Assembly: GCA_964057225.1 (NCBI GenBank) | Contig: OZ059896.1 | Location: 682,001 to 746,000 of the forward strand | Source: Auanema rhodensis | Lineage: Eukaryota > Animalia > Nematoda | DNA: 64,000 nucleotides | Direction of reading: 5' to 3' | Part shown: positions 1 to 11,600 of the stretch, one piece after another | Layout: every line of letters starts with the position of its first letter | Numbering within the stretch: position 1 is the first letter of the stretch | Program-made: the position numbers and the translations under genes | Notes under the pieces: generated by a model | Database searches by the model: none | Seen by the model: only the letters and a program-made list of their open reading frames with translations | What the model was told of the DNA's origin: nothing

Positions 1-583
1 TTTAGACTAATATGGACATGGGAAATCTAATTTTGAAAACCGCATCTCTTTATCTTTTACGTGAAACGAGTTACATACCAAGTGCACATCACGTGTACAT
101 TTAATTAGCATAAATTAAAGTTCACGTAAATTTCAAAGTCATGGTTACCATGAACCAATATCAATAAAAATTTGTTTTTAGACTAATATGGACATGGGGA
201 ATCTAATTTTGAAAACCGCATCTCTTTATCTTTTACGTGAAGCGAGTTACATACCAAGTGCACATCACGTGTACATTTAATTAGCATAAATTAAAGTTCA
301 CGTAAATTTCAAAGTCATGGTTACCAAGCACCAATATCGATAAAAATTTGTTTTTAGACTAATATGGACATGGGGAATCTAATTTTGAAAACCGCATCTC
401 TTTATCTTTCACGTGAAGCGAGTTACATACCAAGTGCACATCACGTGTACATATAATTAGCATAAATTAAAGTTCACGTAAATTTCAAAGTCATGGGTAC
501 CATGAACCAATATCAAAAAAAATTTGTTTTTAGACTAATATGGACATGGGGAATCTAATTTTGAAAACCGCATCTCTTTATCT

Positions 584-593
584 TTCACGTGAA
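584..593. other. Perfect 10-bp palindrome TTCACGTGAA (E-box/G-box core CACGTG), m52-61 of most monomers
   Basis: Read directly. Variant G62A extends it to TTTCACGTGAAA and variant C54T breaks it. Protein binding is not demonstrated. Confidence 0.9.
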
Positions 594-609
594 GCGAGTT
601 ACATACCAA

Positions 610-626
610 GTGCACATCACGTGTAC
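610..626. other. Imperfect inverted repeat GTGCAC-ATCAC-GTGTAC (m78-94), overlapping a second CACGTG (m86-91)
   Basis: 6-bp stem with one G-T mismatch and a 5-nt loop, read directly. Confidence 0.85.
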
Positions 627-655
627 ATTTAATTAGCATAAATTAAAGTTCACGT
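619..655. other. Long quasi-palindrome m87-123: ACGTGTACATTTAATT-AGCATA-AATTAAAGTTCACGT
   Basis: The reverse complement of the right arm is ACGTGAACTTTAATT, which differs from the left arm by one mismatch and one bulge. The core TTTAATT/AATTAAA is perfect. Confidence 0.85.
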
Positions 656-666
656 AAATTTCAAAG

Positions 667-681
667 TCATGGTTACCATGA
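667..681. other. 15-bp odd palindrome TCATGGT-T-ACCATGA (m135-149)
   Basis: 7-bp perfect arms around a single central base, read directly. Confidence 0.9.
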
Positions 682-692
682 ACCAATATCAA

Positions 693-708
693 TAAAAATT
701 TGTTTTTA
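693..708. other. Inverted repeat TAAAAA-TTTG-TTTTTA (m161-176), an A-tract/T-tract pair
   Basis: Read directly. It overlaps the small junction dyad TTAG-A-CTAA. Confidence 0.75.
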
Positions 709-3700
709 GACTAATATGGACATGGGAAATCTAATTTTGAAAACCGCATCTCTTTATCTTTTACGTGAAACGAGTTACATACCAAGTGCACATCACGTGT
801 ACATTTAATTAGCATAAATTAAAGTTCACGTAAATTTCAAAGTCATGGTTACCATGAACCAATATCAATAAAATTTTGTTTTTAGACTAATATGGACATG
901 GGGAATCTAATTTTGAAAACCGCATCTCTTTATCTTTTACGTGAAGCGAGTTACATACCAAGTGCACATCACGTGTACATTTAATTAGCATAAATTAAAG
1001 TTCACGTAAATTTCAAAGTCATGGTTACCAAGCACCAATATCGATAAAAATTTGTTTTTAGACTAATATGGACATGGGGAATCTAATTTTGAAAACCGCA
1101 TCTCTTTATCTTTCACGTGAAGCGAGTTACATACCAAGTGCACATTACCTGTACATTTAATTAGCATAATTAAAGTTCACGTAAATTTCAAAGTCATGGG
1201 TACCATGAACCAATATCAATAAAAATTTGTTTTTAGACTAATATGGACATGGGGAATCTAATTTTGAAAACCGCATCTCTTTATCTTTTACGTGAAGCGA
1301 GTTACATACCAAGTGCACATCACGTGTACATTTAATTAGCATAAATTAAAGTTCACGTAAATTTCAAAGTCATGGTTACCAAGCACCAATATCAATAAAA
1401 ATTTGTTTTTAGACTAATATGGACATGGGAAATCTAATTTTGAAAACCGCATCTCTTTATCTTTTACGTGAAACAAGTTACATACCAAGTGCACATCACG
1501 TGTACATTTAATTAGCATAAATTAAAGTTCACGTAAATTTCAAAGTCATGGTTACCATGAACCAATATCAATAAAAATTTGTTTTTAGACTAATATGGAC
1601 ATGGGGAATCTAATTTTGAAAACCGCATCTCTTTATCTTTTACGTGAAGCGAGTTACATACCAAGTGCACATCACGTGTACATTTAATTAGCATAAATTA
1701 AAGTTCACGTAAATTTCAAAGTCATGGTTACCAAGCACCAATATCAATAAAAATTTGTTTTTAGACTAATATGGACATGGGGAATCTAATTTTGAAAACC
1801 GCATCTCTTTATCTTTCACGTGAAGCGAGTTACATACCAAGTGCACATCACGTGTACATTTAATTAGCATAAATTAAAGTTCACGTAAACTTCAAAGTCA
1901 TGGGTACCATGAACCAATATCAATAAAAATTTGTTTTTAGACTAATATGGACATGGGGAATCTAATTTTGAAAACCGCATCTCTTTATCTTTCACGTGAA
2001 GCGAGTTACATACCAAGTGAACATCACGTGTACATATAATTAGCATAAATTAAAGTTCACGTAAATTTCAAAGTCATGGTTACCATGAACCAATATCAAT
2101 AAAAATTTGTTTTTAGACTAATATGGACATGGGGAATCTAATTTTGAAAACTTCATCTCTTTATCATTCACGTGAAGCGAGTTACATACCAAGTGCACAT
2201 CACGTGTACATTTAATTAGCATAAATTAAAGTTCACGTAAGTTTCAAAGTCATGGTTACCATGCACCAATATCAATAAACATTTGTTTTTAGACTAATAT
2301 GGACATGGGGAATCTAATTTTGAAAACCGCATCTCTTTATCTTTCACGTGAAGCGAGTTACATACCAAGTGCACATCACGTGTACATTTAATTAGCATAA
2401 ATTAAAGTTCACGTAAATTTCAAAGTCATGGTTATCATGAACCAATATCAATAAAAATTTGTTTTTAGACTAATATGGACATGGGAAATCTAATTTTGAA
2501 AACCGCATCTCTTTATCTTTTACGTGAAGCGAGTTACATACCAAGTGCACATCACGTGTACATTTAATTAGCATAAATTAAAGTTCACGTAAATTTCAAA
2601 GTCATGGTTACCAAGCACCAATATCAATAAAAATTTGTTTTTAGACTAATATGGACATGAAGAATCTAATTTTGAAAACCGCATCTCTTTATCTTTCACG
2701 TGAAGCGAGTTACATACCAAGTGCACATCACGTGTACATTTAATTAGCATAAATTAAAGTTCACGTAAATTTCAAAGTCATGGTTACCATGAACCAATAT
2801 CAATAAAAATTTGTTTTTAGACTAATATGGACATGGGGAATCTAATTTTGAAAACCGCATCTCTTTATCTTTCACGTGAAACGAGTTACATACCAAGTGC
2901 ACATCACGTGTACATTTAATTAGCATAAATTAAAGTTCACGTAAATTTCAAAGTCATGGTTACCATGAACCAATATCAATAAAAATTTGTTTTTAGACTA
3001 ATATGGACATGGGGAATCTAATTTTGAAAACCGCATCTCTTCATCATTCACGTGAAGCGAGTTACATACCAAGTGCACATCACGTGTACATTTAATTAGC
3101 ATAAATTAAAGTTCACGTAAATTTCAAAGTCATGGTTACCATGAACCAATATCAATAAAATTTTGTTTTTAGACTAATATGGACATGGGGAATCTAATTT
3201 TGAAAACCGCATCTCTTTATCTTTTACGTGAAGCGAGTTACATACCAAGTGCACATCACGTGTACATTTAATTAGCATAAATTAAAGTTCACGTAAATTT
3301 CAAAGTCATGGTTACCAAGCACCAATATCGATAAAAATTTGTTTTTAGACTAATATGGACATGGGGAATCTAATTTTGAAAACCGCATCTCTTTATCTTT
3401 TACGTGAAGCGAGTTACATACCAAGTGCACATCACGTGTACATTTAATTAGCATAAATTAAAGTTCACGTAAATTTCAAAGTCATGGTTACCAAGCACCA
3501 ATATCAATAAAAATTTGTTTTTAGACTAATATGGACATGGGGAATCTAATTTTGAAAACCGCATCTCTTTATCTTTCACGTGAAGCGAGTTACATACCAA
3601 GTGCACATCACGTGTACATTTAATTAGCATAAATTAAAGTTCACGTAAACTTCAAAGTCATGGGTACCATGAACCAATATCAATAAAAATTTGTTTTTAG

Positions 3701-6700
3701 ACTAATATGGACATGGGGAATCTAATTTTGAAAACCGCATCTCTTTATCTTTCACGTGAAGCGAGTTACATACCAAGTGCACATCACGTGTACATTTAAT
3801 TAGCATAAATTAAAATTCGCGTAAATTTCAAAGTCATGGTTACCATGAACCAATATCAATGAAAATTTGTTTGTAGACTAATATGGACATGGGGAATCTA
3901 ATTTTGAAAACCGCATCTCTTTATCTTTCACGTGAAGCGAGTTACATACCAAGTGCACATCACGTGTACATTTAATTAGCATAAATTAAAGTTCACGTAA
4001 ATTTCAAAGTCATGGTTACCATGAACCAATATCAATAAAAATTTGTTTTTAGACTAATATGGACATGGGAAATCTAATTTTGAAAACCGCATCTCTTTAT
4101 CTTTCACGTGAAGCGAGTTACATACCAAGTGCACATCACGTGTACATTTAATTAGCATAAATTAAAGTTCACGTAAATTTCAAAGTCATGGTTACCATGA
4201 ACCAATATCAATAAAAATTTGTTTTTAGACTAATATGGACATGGGAAATCTAATTTTGAAAACCGCATCTCTTTATCTTTCACGTGAAGCGAGTTACATA
4301 CCAAGTGCACATCACGTGTACATATAATTAGCATAAATTAAAGTTCACGTAAATTTCAAAGTCATGGTTACCATGAACCAATATCAATAAAAATTTGTTT
4401 TTAGACTAATATGGACATGGGGAATCTAATTTTGAAAACCGCATCTCTTTATCTTTTACGTGAAGCGAGTTACATACCAAGTGCACATCACGTGTACATT
4501 TAATTAGCATAAATTAAAGTTCACGTAAATTTCAAAGTCATGGTTACCAACCACCAATATCAATAAAAATTTGTTTTTAGACTAATATGGACATGGGGAA
4601 TCTAATTTTGAAAACCGCATCTCTTTATCTTTCACGTGAAGCGAGTTACATACCAAGTGCACATTACCTGTACATTTAATTAGCATAATTAAAGTTCACG
4701 TAAATTTCAAAGTCATGGGTACCATGAACCAATATCAATAAAAATTTGTTTTTAGACTAATATGGACATGGGAAATCTATTTTTGAAAACCGCATCTCTT
4801 TATCTTTCACGTGAAGCGAGTTACATACCAAGTGCACATCACGTGTACATATAATTAGCATAAATTAAAGTTCACGTAAATTTCAAAGTCATGGTTACCA
4901 TGAACCAATATCAATAAAAATTTGTTTTTAGACTAATATGGACATGGGGAATCTAATTTTGAAAACCGCATCTCTTTATCTTTCACGTGAAGCGAGTTAC
5001 ATACCAAGTGCACATCACGTGTACATTTAATTAGCATAAATTAAAGTTCACGTAAATTTCAAAGTCATGGTTACCATGAACCAATATCAATAAAAATTTG
5101 TTTTTAGACTAATATGGACATGGGAAATCTAATTTTGAAAACCGCATCTCTTTATCTTTTACGTGAAACGAGTTACATACCAAGTGCACATCACGTGTAC
5201 ATTTAATTAGCATAAATTAAAGTTCACGTAAATTTCAAAGTCATGGTTACCATGAACCAATATCAATAAAAATTTGTTTTTAGACTAATATGGACATGGG
5301 GAATCTAATTTTGAAAACCGCATCTCTTTATCTTTTACGTGAAGCGAGTTACATACCAAGTGCACATCACGTGTACATTTAATTAGCATAAATTAAAGTT
5401 CACGTAAATTTCAAAGTCATGGTTACCAAGCACCAATATCGATAAAAATTTGTTTTTAGACTAATATGGACATAGGGAATCTAATTTTGAAAACCGCATC
5501 TCTTTATCTTTCACGTGAAGCGAGTTACATACCAAGTGCACATCACGTGTACATATAATTAGCATAAATTAAAGTTCACGTAAATTTCAAAGTCATGGGT
5601 ACCATGAACCAATATCAATAAAAATTTGTTTTTAGACTAATATGGACATGGGGAATCTAATTTTGAAAACCGCATCTCTTTATCTTTCACGTGAAGCGAG
5701 TTACATACCAAGTGCACATCACGTGTACATTTAATTAGCATAAATTAAAGTTCACGTAAATTTCAAAGTCATGGTTACCATGAACCAATATCAATAAAAA
5801 TTTGTTTTTAGACTAATATGGACATGGGAAATCTAATTTTGAAAACCGCATCTCTTTATCTTTTACGTGAAACGAGTTACATACCAAGTGCACATCACGT
5901 GTACATTTAATTAGCATAAATTAAAGTTCACGTAAATTTCAAAGTCATGGTTACCATGAACCAATATCAATAAAATTTTGTTTTTAGACTAATATGGACA
6001 TGGGGAATCTAATTTTGAAAACCGCATCTCTTTATCTTTTACGTGAAGCGAGTTACATACCAAGTGCACATCACGTGTACATTTAATTAGCATAAATTAA
6101 AGTTCACGTAAATTTCAAAGTCATGGTTACCAAGCACCAATATCGATAAAAATTTGTTTTTAGACTAATATGGACATGGGGAATCTAATTTTGAAAACCG
6201 CATCTCTTTATCTTTCACGTGAAGCGAGTTACATACCAAGTGCACATTACCTGTACATTTAATTAGCATAATTAAAGTTCACGTAAATTTCAAAGTCATG
6301 GGTACCATGAACCAATATCAATAAAAATTTGTTTTTAGACTAATATGGACATGGGGAATCTAATTTTGAAAACCGCATCTCTTTATCTTTTACGTGAAGC
6401 GAGTTACATACCAAGTGCACATCACGTGTACATTTAATTAGCATAAATTAAAGTTCACGTAAATTTCAAAGTCATGGTTACCAAGCACCAATATCAATAA
6501 AAATTTGTTTTTAGACTAATATGGACATGGGAAATCTAATTTTGAAAACCGCATCTCTTTATCTTTTACGTGAAACAAGTTACATACCAAGTGCACATCA
6601 CGTGTACATTTAATTAGCATAAATTAAAGTTCACGTAAATTTCAAAGTCATGGTTACCATGAACCAATATCAATAAAAATTTGTTTTTAGACTAATATAG

Positions 6701-8625
6701 ACATGGGGAATCTAATTTTGAAAACCGCATCTCTTTATCTTTTACGTGAAGCGAGTTACATACCAAGTGCACATCACGTGTACATTTAATTAGCATAAAT
6801 TAAAGTTCACGTAAATTTCAAAGTCATGGTTACCAAGCACCAATATCAATAAAAATTTGTTTTTAGACTAATATGGACATGGGAAATCTAATTTTGAAAA
6901 CCGCATCTCTTTATCTTTCACGTGAAGCGAGTTACATACCAAGTGCACATCACGTGTACATTTAATTAGCATAAATTAAAGTTCACGTAAACTTCAAAGT
7001 CATGGGTACCATGAACCAATATCAATAAAAATTTGTTTTTAGACTAATATGGACATGGGGAATCTAATTTTGAAAACCGCATCTCTTTATCTTTCACGTG
7101 AAGCGAGTTACATACCAAGTGAACATCACGTGTACATATAATTAGCATAAATTAAAGTTCACGTAAATTTCAAAGTCATGGTTACCATGAACCAATATCA
7201 ATAAAAATTTGTTTTTAGACTAATATGGACATGGGGAATCTAATTTTGAAAACTTCATCTCTTTATCATTCACGTGAAGCGAGTTACATACCAAGTGCAC
7301 ATCACGTGTACATTTAATTAGCATAAATTAAAGTTCACGTAAGTTTCAAAGTCATGGTTACCATGCACCAATATCAATAAACATTTGTTTTTAGACTAAT
7401 ATGGACATGGGGAATCTAATTTTGAAAACCGCATCTCTTTATCTTTCACGTGAAGCGAGTTACATACCAAGTGCACATCACGTGTACATTTAATTAGCAT
7501 AAATTAAAGTTCACGTAAATTTCAAAGTCATGGTTATCATGAACCAATATCAATAAAAATTTGTTTTTAGACTAATATGGACATGGGAAATCTAATTTTG
7601 AAAACCGCATCTCTTTATCTTTTACGTGAAGCGAGTTACATACCAAGTGCACATCACGTGTACATTTAATTAGCATAAATTAAAGTTCACGTAAATTTCA
7701 AAGTCATGGTTACCAAGCACCAATATCAATAAAAATTTGTTTTTAGACTAATATGGACATGGGGAATCTAATTTTGAAAACCGCATCTCTTTATCTTTCA
7801 CGTGAAGCGAGTTACATACCAAGTGCACATCACGTGTACATTTAATTAGCATAAATTAAAGTTCACGTAAATTTCAAAGTCATGGTTACCATGAACCAAT
7901 ATCAATAAAAATTTGTTTTTAGACTAATATGGACATGGGGAATCTAATTTTGAAAACCGCATCTCTTTATCTTTCACGTGAAACGAGTTACATACTAAGT
8001 GCACATCACGTGTACATTTAATTAGCATAAATTAAAGTTCACGTAAATTTCAAAGTCATGGTTACCATGAACCAATATCAATAAAAATTTGTTTTTAGAC
8101 TAATATGGACATGGGGAATCTAATTTTGAAAACCGCATCTCTTTATCTTTCACGTGAAGCGAGTTACATACCAAGTGCACATCACGTGTACATTTAATTA
8201 GCATAAATTAAAATTCACGTAAATTTCAAAGTCATGGTTACCATGAACCAATATCAATAAGAATTTGTTTTTAGACTAATATGGACATGGGAAATCTAAT
8301 TTTGAAAACCGCATCTCTTTATCTTTCACGTGAAGCGAGTTACATACCAAGTGCACATCACGTGTACATTTAATTAGCATAAATTAAAGTTCACGTAAAT
8401 TTCAAAGTCATGGTTACCATGAACCAATATCAATAAAAATTTGTTTTTAGACTAATATGGACATGGGAAATCTAATTTTGAAAACCGCATCTCTTTATCT
8501 TTCACGTGAAGCGAGTTACATACCAAGTGCACATCACGTGTACATATAATTAGCATAAATTAAAGTTCACGTAAATTTCAAAGTCATGGTTACCATGAAC
8601 CAATATCAATAAAAATTTGTTTTTA

Positions 8626-11600
8626 GACTAATATGGACATGGGGAATCTAATTTTGAAAACCGCATCTCTTTATCTTTCACGTGAAGCGAGTTACATACC
8701 AAGTGCACATCACGTGTACATTTAATTAGCATAAATTAAAGTTCACGTAAATTTCAAAGTCATGGTTACCATGAACCAATATCAATAAAAATTTGTTTTT
8801 AGACTAATATGGACATGGGAAATCTAATTTTGAAAACCGCATCTCTTTATCTTTCACGTGAAGCGAGTTACATACCAAGTGCACATCACGTGTACATTTA
8901 ATTAGCATAAATTAAAGTTCACGTAAATTTCAAAGTCATGGGTACCATGAACCAATATCAATAAAAATTTGTTTTTAGACTAATATGGACATGGGGAATC
9001 TAATTTTGAAAACCGCATCTCTTTATCTTTCACGTGAAGCGAGTTACATACCAAGTGCACATCACGTGTACATATAATTAGTATAAATTAAAGTTCACGT
9101 AAATTTCAAAGTCATGGTTACCATGAACCAATATCAATAAAAATTTGTTTTTAGACTAATATGGACATGGGGAATCTAATTTTGAAAACTGCATCTCTTT
9201 ATCATTCACGTGAAGCGAGTTACATACCAAGTGCACATCACGTGTACATTTAATTAGCATAAATTAAAGTTCACGTAAGTTTCAAAGTCATGGTTACCAT
9301 GCACCAATATCAATAAACATTTGTTTTTAGACTAATATGGACATGGGGAATCTAATTTTGAAAACCGCATCTCTTTTTCTTTCACGTGAAGCGAGTTACA
9401 TACCAAGTGCACATCACGTGCACATTTAATTAGCATAAATTAAAGTTCACGTAAATTTCAAAGTCATGGTTACCATGAACCAATATCAATAAAAATTTGT
9501 TTTTAGACTAACATGTACATGGGGAATCTAATTTTGAAAACCGCATCTCTTTATCTTTCACGTGAAGCGAGTTACATACCAAGTGCACATCACGTGTACA
9601 TTTAATTAGCATAAATTAAAGTTCACGTAAATTTCAAAGTCATGGTTACCATGAACCAATATCAATAAAAATTTGTTTTTAGACTAATACGGACATGGGG
9701 AATCTAATTTTGAAAACCGCATCTCTTTATCTTTCACGTGAAGCGAGTTACGTACCAAGTGCACATCACGTGTACATTTAATTAGCATAAATTAAAGTTC
9801 ACGTAAATTTCAAAGTCATGGTTACAATGAACCAATATCAATAAAAATTTGTTTTTAGACTAATATGGACATGAGGAATCTAATTTTGAAAACCGCATCT
9901 CTTTATCTTTCACGTGAAGCGAGTTACATACCAAGTGCACATCACGTGTACATTTAATTAGCATAAATTAAAGTTCACGTAAATTTCAAAGTCATGGTTA
10001 CCATGAACCAATATCAATAAAAATTTGTTTTTAGACTAATATGGACATGGGGAATCTAATTTTGAAAACCGCATCTCTTTATCTTTCACGTGAAGCGAGT
10101 TACATACCAAGTGCACATCACGTGTACATTTAATTAGCATAAATTAAAATTCACGTAAATTTCAAAGTCATGGTTACCATGAACCAATATCAATAAAAAT
10201 TTGTTTTTAGACTAATATGGACATGGGGAATCTAACTTTGAAAACCGCATCTCTTTATCTTTCACGTGAAGCGAGTTACATACCAAGTGCACATCACGTG
10301 TACATTTAATTAGCATAAATTAAAGTTCACGTAAATTTCAAAGTCATGGGTACCATGAACCAATATCAATAAAAATTTGTTTTTAGACTAATATGGACAT
10401 GGGGAATCTAATTTTGAAAACCGCATCTCTTTATCTTTCACGTGAAGCGAGTTACATACCAAGTGCACATCACGTGTACATTTAATTAGCATAAATTAAA
10501 GTTCACGTAAATTTCAAAGTCATGGTTACCATGAACCAATATCAATAAAAATTTGTTTTTAGACTAATATGGACATGGGAAATCTAATTTTGAAAACCGC
10601 ATCTCTTTATCTTTCACGTGAAGCGAGTTACATACCAAGTGCACATCACGTGTACATTTAATTAGCATAAATTAAAGTTCACGTAAATTTCAAAGTCATG
10701 GGTACCATGAACCAATATCAATAAAAATTTGTATTTAGACTAATATGGACATGGGGAATCTAATTTTGAAAACCGCATCTCTTTATCTTTCACGTGAAGC
10801 GAGTTACATACCAAGTGCACATCACGTGTACATATAATTAGCATAAATTAAAGTTCACGTAAATTTCAAAGTCATGGTTACCATGAACCAATATCAATAA
10901 AAATTTGTTTTTAGACTAATATGGACATGGGGAATCTAATTTTGAAAACTGCATCTCTTTATCATTCACGTGAAGCGAGTTACATACCAAGTGCACATCA
11001 CGTGTACATTTAATTAGCATAAATTAAAGTTCACGTAAGTTTCAAAGTCATGGTTACCATGCACCAATATCAATAAACATTTGTTTTTAGACTAATATGG
11101 ACATGGGGAATCTAATTTTGAAAACCGCATCTCTTTTTCTTTCACGTGAAGCGAGTTACATACCAAGTGCACATCACGTGCACATTTAATTAGCATAAAT
11201 TAAAGTTCACGTAAATTTCAAAGTCATGGTTACCATGAACCAATATCAATAAAAATTTGTTTTTAGACTAACATGTACATGGGGAATCTAATTTTGAAAA
11301 CCGCATCTCTTTATCTTTCACGTGAAGCGAGTTACATACCAAGTGCACATCACGTGTACATTTAATTAGCATAAATTAAAGTTCACGTAAATTTCAAAGT
11401 CATGGTTACCATGAACCAATATCAATAAAAATTTGTTTTTAGACTAATACGGACATGGGGAATCTAATTTTGAAAACCGCATCTCTTTATCTTTCACGTG
11501 AAGCGAGTTACGTACCAAGTGCACATCACGTGTACATTTAATTAGCATAAATTAAAGTTCACGTAAATTTCAAAGTCATGGTTACAATGAACCAATATCA

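Larger units (their letters stand above)
533..708 (+). repeat. Representative consensus monomer (176 bp, 56 G+C, 5 CpG)
   Basis: This copy carries the majority base at every position I checked and is used as the reference for m-coordinates. Confidence 0.95.
5..8097 (+). repeat. Block duplication with a 29-monomer (5102 bp) offset: 5-2995 repeated at 5107-8097
   Basis: Rare markers recur in the same order: 175-bp monomer (1061/6163), AAACAAG (monomers at 1412/6514), AAGTGAAC (1940/7042), AAAACTTC (2116/7218), GTTATCATG (2292/7394). A few private differences exist between the copies. Confidence 0.9.

Noticed and set aside
672-683. RFX X-box-like GTTACCATGAAC
   Set aside because: Only one half-site matches GTNRCC-N(0-3)-RGYAAC, and it is explained by the local palindrome.
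687-696. AATAAA polyadenylation signal and CCAAT box in each monomer
   Set aside because: Short motifs expected by chance in AT-rich DNA, with no gene context.
533-708. CENP-B box
   Set aside because: The consensus has no TTCG....A..CGGG on either strand. Rare TTCG variants (~21326, ~58033) lack the CGGG part.
533-708. 5S rRNA, tRNA or snRNA tandem gene unit, or a MITE
   Set aside because: No recognisable RNA gene sequence, Pol III internal boxes or cloverleaf, and no terminal inverted repeats with target-site duplications.
616-720. Budding-yeast point-centromere mimic: ATCACGTG matches CDEI (RTCACRTG) and TGTTTTT lies 77 bp downstream like the start of CDEIII
   Set aside because: The essential CDEIII CCGAA core is absent, the spacer is only about 77% AT rather than over 90%, and point centromeres are not tandemly arrayed.
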